Assembly: GCA_965203515.1 (NCBI GenBank)
Contig: OZ241907.1
Span: 1,216,001 to 1,280,000 of the forward strand
Length of the DNA stretch: 64,000 nucleotides
From: Spirochaetia bacterium
Lineage (GTDB): Bacteria; Spirochaetota; Spirochaetia; SZUA-6; Bin103
Direction of reading: 5' to 3'
How positions within the stretch are numbered: position 1 is the first letter of the stretch; every line of letters starts with the position of its first letter. Made by a program: the position numbers and the translations under genes. Positions 30,924 to 40,500 of the stretch are shown piece by piece. The notes under the pieces are model-generated. The model had not been told where the DNA came from, made no database searches, and was given only the letters and a program-made list of their open reading frames with translations.

Positions 30924-31784
30924 ATGAGCGAACCATTGCGTATCCTGTCGATCGGCGCCCACCCGGCCGACGTCTTCGATCAGTCCGGGGGCACGATGGC
31001 CCACCACGCCGCGCGCGGCGACTGGGTCGGCTGCGTCGTGCTGACCCATGGAGCGCGGGTGCACGACCAGGTCATCAGCGAAGAGATGTTCCACCGCGAC
31101 GCCGTTCCGGCAGCCGACGAGCTGCGGAACACCATGCGGGAGCGCGCCGCCGTCAAGGAGGCGGAGACCCGCGCCGCCTGCGCCGCCCTGGGGGTCGAGC
31201 ACATCGTATTCTTCGGCGCCGACGACGCGGTGCTGCTGATCACCGAGCAGGTCGTGCGGCGGCTGGCGCGCGTGCTGCGCGAGCTCCGGCCCGACCTGGT
31301 GCTGACCCACTTCCCCAAGGAGGACGACGGGATCACCGGCCCGCACGCGATCGCCGGCCAGATCGTCATGCATGCGCTGCGGCTTGCCGGCAGCGTCGAC
31401 CCCGGCGACCGCAACCCGCCGCATCGCGCCGCGCAGGTCTTCTACTTCGGGATCGGCGCGGCCGCTACGCGCCGCGGCCTGTGGGATCAGACCGGCGGGT
31501 ATGCCTGCGACGTGTTCGTGGACATCACCGACGTGGCGGAGAAGAAGCTCGCCGCGCTCGACGCGCTGGTCAGCCAGGGCTACGGCGGTGCGTACGCGCG
31601 CAAGCGGATCGAGACCTCGGACGGCGCATTCGGGCTGGCGGGCAACTGCGCCTACGGCGAGGGGTTCATCTCCTGCAATCCCTCCACCCACTACTACCTG
31701 CCGGTCACCGATCACGCCCTGCGCCAGGCGCGCGCCTCCGATCACGAAGTGATGGACGGCTATTCCTTCCGGCTGCCGGTCTGA
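30924..31784 (+). CDS. PIG-L/LmbE family metalloenzyme (possibly GalB-like hydratase)
   Basis: GAHPAD, E..AACAALG, RELRPDLVLTH, VDITDVAEKK. Confidence 0.8.
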   Translation: MSEPLRILSIGAHPADVFDQSGGTMAHHAARGDWVGCVVLTHGARVHDQVISEEMFHRDAVPAADELRNTMRERAAVKEAETRAACAALGVEHIVFFGADDAVLLITEQVVRRLARVLRELRPDLVLTHFPKEDDGITGPHAIAGQIVMHALRLAGSVDPGDRNPPHRAAQVFYFGIGAAATRRGLWDQTGGYACDVFVDITDVAEKKLAALDALVSQGYGGAYARKRIETSDGAFGLAGNCAYGEGFISCNPSTHYYLPVTDHALRQARASDHEVMDGYSFRLPV

Positions 31785-31814
31785 ACATCGGCCGCCCGGA
31801 CATCGGCGGCCCGG

Positions 31815-32585
31815 TCAGTACACCTCCGGGACGAAGCGCTGACTGTCGATCGGCGGCCGGTCCGGATCGGGATCGATCTGCCGCTCGGGCAGCGTGACGG
31901 GGTCGGGAACGTCGTAGCGATACGGAAACCGGCTCAGCAGGTGGTGGATGCAGTTGAGACGGGCCTTCCGCTTGCTGTCCGACCTGATCACGTACCACGG
32001 ACACGCTTCGGTATCGGTGCTCGCCATCATCCGGTCCTTCGCCCGCGAATAGTCCTCCCACCTGAGGTAGGACTGCAGGTCCATGTCGGTGAACTTCCAG
32101 CGCTTGATCGGGCTGTCGAGCCGCCGCTGGAACCGGCGCGCCTGCTCGTCGGGTCCCACGGAGAACCAGTACTTGAGCAGGTCGATGCCGTCGCGGATCA
32201 GCATGCGTTCGAACTCCGGGCACGATCGCAGAAACTCCCGATACTGCCGCTCCGTGCAGAATCCCATGACCCGTTCGACGCCGGCCCGGTTGTACCAGCT
32301 CCGGTCGAACAGGACGATCTCCCCGGCCGAAGGCAGGTGCGCCACGTAGCGTTGGAAGTACCATTGCGTGCGCTCCCGCCCGGTCGGCTTCCCCAGGGCC
32401 GCGACCCGGCAGACCCGCGGGTTCAACGCTTCGGTGACGCGGGTGATGGTGCTGCCCTTGCCGGCCGCGTCGCGCCCCTCGAAGATCACCGCCACCCGCC
32501 GTTCCCGCTGCACGACCCACTCCTGCAGCTTGAACAACTCTACCTGCAGGCGCCGCAGCTCCTGCTCGTACTTCGTGCGCTTCAT
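31815..32585 (-). CDS. ppk2: Polyphosphate kinase 2
   Basis: FEGRDAAGKG, QWYFQRY, FDRSWYNRAGVERVMGFC. Confidence 0.96.
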   Translation of the reverse strand: MKRTKYEQELRRLQVELFKLQEWVVQRERRVAVIFEGRDAAGKGSTITRVTEALNPRVCRVAALGKPTGRERTQWYFQRYVAHLPSAGEIVLFDRSWYNRAGVERVMGFCTERQYREFLRSCPEFERMLIRDGIDLLKYWFSVGPDEQARRFQRRLDSPIKRWKFTDMDLQSYLRWEDYSRAKDRMMASTDTEACPWYVIRSDSKRKARLNCIHHLLSRFPYRYDVPDPVTLPERQIDPDPDRPPIDSQRFVPEVY

Positions 32586-34447
32586 CGCTTCGCCGGCGCG
32601 CCGGGCGCGGCGCCGTCCGGGGCGGCCGCGCGGAACTGGCTCCGGTAGAGGTCGCGGTACAGCCCCGGGCGCCCGGCCAGCTCCCGGTGGGTGCCCCGCT
32701 GGACGATGCGGCCCGCGTCGATCACGGCGATCAGGTCGGCCGCCTCCACGGTGCTCATGCGGTGGGCGACCACGATGCTGGTCCGGTCCCTCAGCAGTTC
32801 CCGAAGCCCCTGCTGGATCAGCCGCTCGGTGCGGGTATCGATGTTGGCGGTCGCCTCGTCCAGCATCAGGATGCGCGGGTCGACGATCAGCGCCCGGGCG
32901 ATGGCCAGCAGCTGCTGCTGGCCGCGGCTCAGGTTGCGCGCCCCTTCGGTGAGGACCGTGTCGTACCCGTCCGGCAACGCGCGGATGAACCGGTCGGCTC
33001 TGGCCCGTTCGGCCGCGTCGCGCACCTCCGCGTCGTTCGCCGACAGGCGTCCGTAGCGGATGTTGTCGGCAACGCTGCCCGCGAACAGGTAGGGCTCCTG
33101 CGTGACCACGCCGAGCGCCTGCCGCACCTGGCTGCGACGGAGCTCGGCGACGTCCTGACCGTCGAGCAGGATGCGGCCGGCGGTCGGATCATAGAGGCGT
33201 TGCACGAGCGCCAGGATGGTCGTCTTGCCGGCGCCGGTCGGTCCCACCAGCGCCGCCATGGTCCCGGCCTGCACGGTCAGATCGATGCCGCTGAGCACCG
33301 GGGTGTCGGACACGTACGCGAACGAGACGCCGCGCAGCTCCACCCGTCCCGGTCCGTCGGACAGCGCCGCCGGCGCCGCCGGCTCGGCGGCGACGCGGTC
33401 GTCGTCGAGCAGCTCGAAGATGCGCTCCATGCCGGCGATCCCGGACTGGATGTTGGCCCACAGGACCGATATGGAGCGCATCGGCATGAAGAAGCGGCGC
33501 ACGTACTGGATGAACGCCACCAGCACCCCGATCGTGACCAGGTCGCGGCCCGCCAGGAAGCCTCCCCAGAGCAGCACCGCGGCGATGGCGATCACCGTCA
33601 GCACGTCGAGCGTGGGCGCGAACGCGGCGGTGATCGTCTCGGCGGTCACGTTGGCGTCGCGGTTGGCGGCGTTGGCGCGCCGGAACTCGCCGGCGTTGGC
33701 CCGCTCGCGGCCGAACGCCTGTATCTCGCGGACGCCGACGATGTTGCGCTCCAGATGCGAGCTCACCTCCCCCATCGTCTGGCGGGTGCGGCGGAAGGCG
33801 ACGCGCGCCTTCCGCGAGAAGTACCAGGTGAGCCACGTCATCGCCGGCAGCACGACGAAGCTGACCAGGGCCATGCGCCAACTCAACGCCAGCATCGCCA
33901 CCAGAACGCCGATCACCTGCAGAAAGCTCTGGAACATGCGGATCGCGCCCATGCGCAGCACGCGGTCGATCACGCTGGTGTCGTTGGCCATGCGCGACAC
34001 CAGGTCGCCGGCCTGGATCGAGTCGAAGTAGCCCATCGACAGCGCGTGCACCTTGGCGAACACGTCGCGGCGGATGTCCGCCAGTATCCCCTGCCCGATC
34101 CCGACCATCCGCCAGCGCGCGACGGCGTTGGCAGCCCAGCCGACCGCGAACAACGCCAGCGCCGCCACCATCGCCGCGCCGACCGCGCGGCGCGCGGCGA
34201 GCAGCGACGACTCGCCGTTCAGAAAGGCGGCCATGCCGTCGACCGCCACCTGCAGCATGCGCGGCGCATAGGAGGTGAGCGCCACCTCCACGACGACCAG
34301 CAGGGCGATACCGGCGATCGGCGCTCGATAGCCGCCCAGATAGCGGTTGAACCGCCGCAGCGTGCCGCGCCGGTCACCGGCCTTCTGCAGCTCGGCGCCG
34401 ATCTGCATCGGGCCGGCGGCGCCGGTGAAACCTCCGCCGATGGTCAT
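32582..34447 (-). CDS. ABC exporter ATP-binding/permease subunit
   Basis: TM domain plus GPTGAGKTT, LSRGQQQ, LDEATANID. Confidence 0.92.
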   Translation of the reverse strand: MTIGGGFTGAAGPMQIGAELQKAGDRRGTLRRFNRYLGGYRAPIAGIALLVVVEVALTSYAPRMLQVAVDGMAAFLNGESSLLAARRAVGAAMVAALALFAVGWAANAVARWRMVGIGQGILADIRRDVFAKVHALSMGYFDSIQAGDLVSRMANDTSVIDRVLRMGAIRMFQSFLQVIGVLVAMLALSWRMALVSFVVLPAMTWLTWYFSRKARVAFRRTRQTMGEVSSHLERNIVGVREIQAFGRERANAGEFRRANAANRDANVTAETITAAFAPTLDVLTVIAIAAVLLWGGFLAGRDLVTIGVLVAFIQYVRRFFMPMRSISVLWANIQSGIAGMERIFELLDDDRVAAEPAAPAALSDGPGRVELRGVSFAYVSDTPVLSGIDLTVQAGTMAALVGPTGAGKTTILALVQRLYDPTAGRILLDGQDVAELRRSQVRQALGVVTQEPYLFAGSVADNIRYGRLSANDAEVRDAAERARADRFIRALPDGYDTVLTEGARNLSRGQQQLLAIARALIVDPRILMLDEATANIDTRTERLIQQGLRELLRDRTSIVVAHRMSTVEAADLIAVIDAGRIVQRGTHRELAGRPGLYRDLYRSQFRAAAPDGAAPGAPAKR

Positions 34448-36249
34448 CGGCGCGGCGCCGGCGCCCGATCGTCGACGAGCTGCGACGCGCAGATCTCGAC
34501 GTACAGGGGGCTCTCCTCTTGCAGCGAGGCGTGATCGCCGATCGCGGCGACGCGGCCCTGGTCGAGCACGACGATCAGGTCCGCCTCGCGGACGCTGCTG
34601 ATGCGCTGGGCGATCACGAACGACAGGCGGTTGCGGCGCAGCTCCTCCAGCCGCTCCCGTATCGTCGATTCGGTGGCGAAGTCGACGCTGCTGGTGGAAT
34701 CGTCCAGGATCAGGATGCGGGGGTCGATCAGCAGCGCGCGGGCGATGGCGATGCGCTGCCGCTGGCCGCCGGACAGCCGGATGCCCCGCTCGCCGACCAG
34801 CGCGCCGTAGCCGCCCGGCAGCCCGGCGATGAACTCGTGCGCGGCGGCGGCGCGGGCGGCCGCTTCGATATCGGCGTCGGCGGCGTCCGGCTGCCCGTAG
34901 CTGATGTTGTGCCGGACGCTCCCGGCCAGCAGCTTGGCGTCCTGCAGGACGATGCCGATCTGCCGGCGCAGCGATTCGATCCGCACCGCCCGTACGTCGG
35001 TGCCGTCGATCCGTACGCTGCCGGCGGAGACGTCGTAGAAGCGCGGGATCAGCCCCACCAGCGTGCTCTTCCCCGATCCGGTCCCGCCCAGCAGGGCGAT
35101 CGTCTGGCCGGGGGAGGTGGAGAACGATACGTCCTGCAGCGCGAACGCCCCGGTGCGCGTGTAGCGGAAGGAGACGCGGTCGAAGGTGACGAAGCCCTCG
35201 GCCCGGCGCAGGGGCGCCGCGTTCGGGGCGTCGGCGACGTCGGCCTGCGTGTCGAGGATGTCGAGGATGCGCTCCGCGCCGGCGGACGCCTGCGCGACCG
35301 CCATCATGATCTGCCCCAGCATCGTCACCGGAAACATCGCCAGCAGCAGGTAGCTCTGCAGCGCGACCAGCTCGCCGATGGAGAGCTGGCTGCCGAGCAC
35401 TTCCAGGCCGCCGGCCCAGGTGATGACGATCGTGCCGACGTTCGGGATCGCGAACACCGTAGGTATCGACAACGCGAAGATGCGGCCCGCCCGCACGTTG
35501 AGCGCGCGCACCTCGTCGTTCTCCGCCGCGAAGCGCTCGGTCTCGTAGGGCTCGCGGGCAAAGGATCGAACCACGCGGATGCCCAGGATGTTGTGCTCCA
35601 GGCGGCCGTTGAGGATCGCCAGCCGGTCCTGCGCCAGCCGGAACAGCGGCCGCCCCACCCTGCCCATGACCACGAACAACGCCGCGACCCCGCACAGGAT
35701 CGGAGCGAACACGGCGAGCAGCCGCGGATTGGTGGCGACGATGAAGGCGATGCTGCCGGCCAACAGCACCGCGGCGCTGATGATGTGCAGCAGGCCGGCG
35801 CCGATGAACTGCTGCACCAGGTCGACGTCGCTGGTCGATCGCGTCAGGAGCTGCCCGGTCTCCGCCCGGTCGTGAAAGCTGAAGGAGAGCCGCTGGATCT
35901 TGTCGTTGAGCGCATTGCGGATGTCGAACGCCGCTCCCTGCGAGATCTGGGCGGCGCGCCGCTGCTGCAGGTAGGTGAAGACGGAACGGGCCAGCGCCAT
36001 GCCCACCACCAGCAGCGCGCCGATCCAGATCACGCTGAAGTCGCGGCCGATGATGCCGCGGTCGACGACCCGCTGCGTGACCATCGGCACGGCCAGGTTG
36101 CCGGCCGAGCTGATGAGCAGCGCCGCGGTGGCTACCGCGATCGCGCGGCGGTACGGGCGGAGAAACCGCAGGCACCGGGCGAGCGCGCGCGGCGATCCGG
36201 CCCCGGGCCGAGCGGAGTCGCGGCTCGGTCGGCGTCGCGACGGTGTCAC
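34444..36249 (-). CDS. ABC exporter ATP-binding/permease subunit (degenerate Walker B; heterodimer partner)
   Basis: GGTGSGKST, LSGGQRQR, ILDDSTSSVD. Confidence 0.92.
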   Translation of the reverse strand: MTPSRRRPSRDSARPGAGSPRALARCLRFLRPYRRAIAVATAALLISSAGNLAVPMVTQRVVDRGIIGRDFSVIWIGALLVVGMALARSVFTYLQQRRAAQISQGAAFDIRNALNDKIQRLSFSFHDRAETGQLLTRSTSDVDLVQQFIGAGLLHIISAAVLLAGSIAFIVATNPRLLAVFAPILCGVAALFVVMGRVGRPLFRLAQDRLAILNGRLEHNILGIRVVRSFAREPYETERFAAENDEVRALNVRAGRIFALSIPTVFAIPNVGTIVITWAGGLEVLGSQLSIGELVALQSYLLLAMFPVTMLGQIMMAVAQASAGAERILDILDTQADVADAPNAAPLRRAEGFVTFDRVSFRYTRTGAFALQDVSFSTSPGQTIALLGGTGSGKSTLVGLIPRFYDVSAGSVRIDGTDVRAVRIESLRRQIGIVLQDAKLLAGSVRHNISYGQPDAADADIEAAARAAAAHEFIAGLPGGYGALVGERGIRLSGGQRQRIAIARALLIDPRILILDDSTSSVDFATESTIRERLEELRRNRLSFVIAQRISSVREADLIVVLDQGRVAAIGDHASLQEESPLYVEICASQLVDDRAPAPRR

Positions 36250-36291
36250 GACCGGCAGGGTATCACGTCGCCCCCGAGGGGTTGCCGTGCG

Positions 36292-36320
36292 TTGACACCG
36301 GTAGTGCGCTCTTGTACACA
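36292..36320 (+). promoter_or_regulatory. Sigma70-like promoter TTGACA-N17-TACACA, 5 nt before ATG
   Basis: ttgaca 36292-36297, tacaca 36315-36320, ATG 36326. Confidence 0.6.
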
Positions 36321-36325
36321 GCGCC

Positions 36326-38158
36326 ATGCGGCCTGCAGCGTTGCGCTCCGCGGCCCGGCGATCCTCCCGGCCGCACGTCATGCCTCTGCTGGCGGCGGCG
36401 CTGGCGCTGGCGTCCGCCGCGGCAGGGCGCGCCGACACGGCGGAGGCGCCGGCCGGCGTCGAGTGGACGATCGTGCGGGACGGCGCGTCGTCCCATTACC
36501 GGGAGATCGCGTGGGGCGGTTCCCGCTTCGTCGCCGTGGGGACCTCGGGCCGCATCGCGTACAGCGCCGACGGGATCGAATGGACCAGGGCCGCCGCGCC
36601 GGTCCATGACACGCTGAGCGGGGTCGCCTGGAGCGGCGCGCGCTTCGCGGCGGTCGGCAACCGCGGGGTGACCCTGTACAGCGGCGACGGGATCGACTGG
36701 ACCGCGGCGGCGAGCGCGACCACGAACAATCTGCGCGGGGTCGCCTACGGCGCCGGGCGCTTCGTCGCGGTCGGCTCCGGCGGTGCGATCGTCTACGGCG
36801 ACGGCGCGATCTGGACCGCGGCCGGCAGTCCGACGGAGCACGACCTGCGCGGGGTCGCCTACGGCTCCGGGCGCTTCGTGGCGGTCGGCGTGAACGGCAC
36901 GGTCGTGCGCAGCGGCGACGGGATCGACTGGACCGCCGCTCCCGGCCCCACGCCGGTGCGGCTCAACAGCGTGGCGTGGACCGGCGCGCGCTTCGTCGCG
37001 GTCGGCACCGAAGGCGTGATCCTGCACAGCGGCGACGGGATCGAATGGACCGCGGCGGCCACGCCGGTCTCGTCCTGGCTCTACGGCGCCGCCCGGAACG
37101 GTACGCGCATGGCGGCGGTCGGGTTCGACGGCACCGCCCTGTACCGCGATGACGGCGGCGCGTGGACGACGGCGGCGAGCGTGCCCACGACGAATGCGCT
37201 CTGGGGCGTCGCCGGCGGCGGCGGGCGCTTCGTGGCGGTGGGGATGGGCAGCACGATCCTGCACAGCGGCGACGGGCGCCGCTGGACGGCGGCGCCCGGA
37301 CCGGTGGTGAACCTGCCGGAGGTGGTCGCCTGGACCGGTTCCCGCTTCGTCGCGGCGGGGTTCGACGGCGCGATCGCCTACAGCCATGACGGACTCGCCT
37401 GGAACGCGGCGGCCGCCCCTGCCGCGGACCGGCTCTTCGACCTGACCGGGCACGGCTCCCGGCTGGTCGCCGTCGGCGGCTACTGGCGGCGCGGCAGCAC
37501 CGTCCTGTACGGCAGCGACGGGATCGACTGGACGGAAGCGACCGTCCCGGACAAGGCGGTACCCCTGCAAGGGGTCGCCGTCAGCGGCTCGCGCTTCGTC
37601 GCCGTGGGGGGCAACTGGGCCGACGGGGACGGCACGATCCTGTACAGCGACGACGGCCGCGCCTGGGTGGAGACGGCCAGCCCGGTGGCGAGCCATCTGA
37701 CCGACGTGGCGTGGAACGGCTCCCGCTTCGTCGCGGTGGGGTTCGACGGCGCGATCGTCCACAGCCGTGACGGAATCGCCTGGGCGCAGGCGGCCGCTGC
37801 TACCGAACGCATCCTCGACGGGATCGCCTGGAGCGGCACGCACTTCGCGGCGGTCGGCGAAGGCGGCGTCATCCTGCGCAGCGGCGACGGGATCGCATGG
37901 ACCGCGATCGCCGGTCCGGTATCGCATTTCCTGTACGACGTCATCTGGAACGGGTCGCGCTTCGTCGCCGTCGGAGATGCCGAGGACGGCGACGGCGCCT
38001 TCACCGGCGCTGTGATTCTGCACAGCGAGGACGGCCTAGTCTGGACGCAGGCCGCCGGCCCGCTGATCCGCACCGCCCTGCTGAGCGTCGCCTGGAACGG
38101 GTCGCGCTTCATCGCCGTCGGCCGCGACGGCACGATCGCGGCGAGCGGCGGCGGCTGA
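36326..38158 (+). CDS. Secreted 14-repeat beta-propeller protein (Asp-box/BNR-like)
   Basis: Signal peptide; 14 copies of L..VAWnGsRFVAVG..G.Il.S.DG..W (~39 aa). Confidence 0.85.
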   Translation: MRPAALRSAARRSSRPHVMPLLAAALALASAAAGRADTAEAPAGVEWTIVRDGASSHYREIAWGGSRFVAVGTSGRIAYSADGIEWTRAAAPVHDTLSGVAWSGARFAAVGNRGVTLYSGDGIDWTAAASATTNNLRGVAYGAGRFVAVGSGGAIVYGDGAIWTAAGSPTEHDLRGVAYGSGRFVAVGVNGTVVRSGDGIDWTAAPGPTPVRLNSVAWTGARFVAVGTEGVILHSGDGIEWTAAATPVSSWLYGAARNGTRMAAVGFDGTALYRDDGGAWTTAASVPTTNALWGVAGGGGRFVAVGMGSTILHSGDGRRWTAAPGPVVNLPEVVAWTGSRFVAAGFDGAIAYSHDGLAWNAAAAPAADRLFDLTGHGSRLVAVGGYWRRGSTVLYGSDGIDWTEATVPDKAVPLQGVAVSGSRFVAVGGNWADGDGTILYSDDGRAWVETASPVASHLTDVAWNGSRFVAVGFDGAIVHSRDGIAWAQAAAATERILDGIAWSGTHFAAVGEGGVILRSGDGIAWTAIAGPVSHFLYDVIWNGSRFVAVGDAEDGDGAFTGAVILHSEDGLVWTQAAGPLIRTALLSVAWNGSRFIAVGRDGTIAASGGG

Positions 38159-38174
38159 CCGCGGCCGGGGAGCT

Positions 38175-39302
38175 TCAGGGCGCTTCCCGGTCCGCGTCCG
38201 CCAGCGCCGCCCCCAGCACCTCGGCCAGGACCGCCCGCTCGTCCGGCCGGCCCACGGTGACGCGCACGGTGCGGTCGAGCGGCGGCGCCTGCGCCTTGCG
38301 TACGAACACGCCGCGGCGGATCAGCGCGCGCAGCAGCGCCTCGGCGCGGGCGGACGAACCGGCGTCGAAGTTGACGAAGTTGGCGCCGGACGGCAGCACC
38401 GTCAGACCGTGCCGGGCGGCGATCCGCGCATACTCGCCGCGGCCGGTCCGCACGGCGGCGGCGACGCCGGCGATGAAGCCGGGATCGCCGAGCGATGCCA
38501 GCGCCGCCTCCTGGGCGATGCGGTTGATCCCGTAGTGGTGGCGGACCTTCTCGAACCCCTGCCACGCCTGCGCGGCGCAGACCGCGTAGCCGACGCGCCC
38601 GCCGGCCATGCCGTGCGCCTTGGAGAACGTGCGCAGGCGCAGCACGTTGGGCGCCAGCACGCCGGCCGGCGGGATCGCCTCCGGCGGGGCGAACTCCGCG
38701 TACGCCTCGTCCAGGAGCAGGACCGTGCCGGACGGCAGCCGCTCGATCATCCGCTCCACGTCGGCCGCGTCGCGCCACGTGCCGGCCGGGTTGTCCGGGT
38801 TGGCGGCGTACAGCAGGGGGGCGCCGCCGGCGACGGCCGCGTCCAGCAGCCCCTCCAGATCGACGTGGTCCTCCCGGTAGGGCACCTCGATCAGCCGGGC
38901 GCCGTAGCCGGCGACGTGGAAGGCGAAGGTGGGATAGGAGCCGGCGGTCATCACCGCCGCCCGCTCGGCGGCGAACGCCCGCACCGCCAGCCCGAGCAGG
39001 TCGTCGATCCCGGCGGCGACGGCGATGTTGTCGGGCGCGACGCCGTGCTCGGCGGCCAGCGCCGCGCGCAGTTCGTGGTTCTCCGGATCGGCGTACCAGG
39101 ACATCCGCTCCAGCGCGGCCATGCCGGCCCGACGCGCGGCCGGCGAGATGCCAAACGCGCTCTCGTTCGCTCCCAAGCGGGCGCGGAACGGCCCGCCCCG
39201 TTCGCGTTCCAGCGCCTCCGGTCCCACGAACGGCACCAGCGGCGGCAGCCGTTCCAGGATCGGCGTGTAGGGCAGGCCCGATGGGAAGGGAACGGGCTTC
39301 AC
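38175..39302 (-). CDS. PLP-dependent aminotransferase (HisC-like, class I/II)
   Basis: LGANES, ANPDNPAGT, LDEAYAEF, RTFSKAHGMAGGRVGY. Confidence 0.9.
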   Translation of the reverse strand: MKPVPFPSGLPYTPILERLPPLVPFVGPEALERERGGPFRARLGANESAFGISPAARRAGMAALERMSWYADPENHELRAALAAEHGVAPDNIAVAAGIDDLLGLAVRAFAAERAAVMTAGSYPTFAFHVAGYGARLIEVPYREDHVDLEGLLDAAVAGGAPLLYAANPDNPAGTWRDAADVERMIERLPSGTVLLLDEAYAEFAPPEAIPPAGVLAPNVLRLRTFSKAHGMAGGRVGYAVCAAQAWQGFEKVRHHYGINRIAQEAALASLGDPGFIAGVAAAVRTGRGEYARIAARHGLTVLPSGANFVNFDAGSSARAEALLRALIRRGVFVRKAQAPPLDRTVRVTVGRPDERAVLAEVLGAALADADREAP

Positions 39303-39351
39303 GGCGGCGGACCCTTCACGGCGGCCCCTTCGCCGCCGGTCAAGGCCCCGG

Positions 39352-40389
39352 TCAGGCCGCGGGCTGGGCGCGCAGACTGCGGAAGCTCACCATGCGGCCC
39401 TGCTCCTCATCGTACAGGTTCCGCCGGAAGCACCGCACCGTGTCCAGCACCGTCAACACCGGCGCCCGCTCCATCAGCGGATGCGCCCGGTGGCAGCTCG
39501 GCAGGTGGTAGTACGGTATCCGCGGGTCCAGATGGTGCACGTGGTGAAACCCGATGTTCCCCGTAAACCACTGCAGCACCGCCGGCATCCGCAGGTACGA
39601 CGCTCCCTCCATCGCCGCCTCCCCGTACTGCCACTCCCCGTCCCGTCGCCAGTACGCATCCTCGAACTGGTGCTGCATGTAGAACAGCCACACCCCGATC
39701 ACTCCCGCCAGCCCGATCATCGGCAGGTACACCAGCGCCACGTACCGCCACCCCGCCAGCAACACCATCACCGCCACCGTCACCGCCATCCCCGCGTTCG
39801 TGAGCCACAGCGAACTGCGCCCCTTCCCCTTCGTGATCTTCCTCGGCAGCCGATGGTTGAACACGAACGTCCACACCGACCCGAACGTCAGCAGCACCAC
39901 CGGGTTGCGGTACAACCGGTAGCACAGCCGCTCCCACCGCGTCCGATTCCGGTACTCCTGCACCGTGATCGTCTTCACGTCGGTATCGGTGCGCCGGTCC
40001 AGGTTGCCCGAACTGGCGTGATGGATCGCGTGGTTGTGCGCCCAGTCCCGCAGCGGCGTCAGCGTCAGTATCCCGGTCAGATGGCCGATCAGCCCGTTCA
40101 TCCGGCGGCTGCGGAACAGCGTCCCGTGGCCGGCGTCGTGCATGATGATGAAGTTGCGGATGTTGAAGCCGGCCGCCAGCACCATCAGCGGCAGGCAGAG
40201 CGGATAGCTGATCGGCAGCAGGAACGCCGCCGCGGTCATGCACGCCACGAACGGCAGCACCGAGTTGCCGACGTTCCACAACGTGCGCGTCATCGACGGC
40301 TTGCGATACGGAGCGATGGCTGCGCGCAACGATCGGAGGTCGTCCGCGCCCCACCCTGGTGCGCCGCCATGCGGCGCCGCGGAACTCAT
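39352..40389 (-). CDS. Membrane fatty acid desaturase
   Basis: Three His boxes HDAGH, HAIHH, HHVHH; WLFYMQHQFE. Confidence 0.93.
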   Translation of the reverse strand: MSSAAPHGGAPGWGADDLRSLRAAIAPYRKPSMTRTLWNVGNSVLPFVACMTAAAFLLPISYPLCLPLMVLAAGFNIRNFIIMHDAGHGTLFRSRRMNGLIGHLTGILTLTPLRDWAHNHAIHHASSGNLDRRTDTDVKTITVQEYRNRTRWERLCYRLYRNPVVLLTFGSVWTFVFNHRLPRKITKGKGRSSLWLTNAGMAVTVAVMVLLAGWRYVALVYLPMIGLAGVIGVWLFYMQHQFEDAYWRRDGEWQYGEAAMEGASYLRMPAVLQWFTGNIGFHHVHHLDPRIPYYHLPSCHRAHPLMERAPVLTVLDTVRCFRRNLYDEEQGRMVSFRSLRAQPAA

Positions 40390-40500
40390 GTCGCGGGCGA
40401 GTGTAACGGTTCCGCAGCGGCGCGGCTACCCCCCCTCCGTCCGTCCGGCCCCAATCGGTCACCCTGTCCCGGCGCGCCCGCCGCCGGGTATCATGCGCGC

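Noticed and set aside
32582..36175. 1197-aa ORF suggesting a giant ABC protein
   Set aside because: Only the part from 34447 is real; the upstream portion is an off-frame read of the neighbouring ABC gene.
36480..38150. Regularly spaced DNA repeats resembling a CRISPR array (also 44800-45960)
   Set aside because: The repeats are degenerate, in frame and protein-coding; there are no identical repeats with unique spacers and no cas genes.
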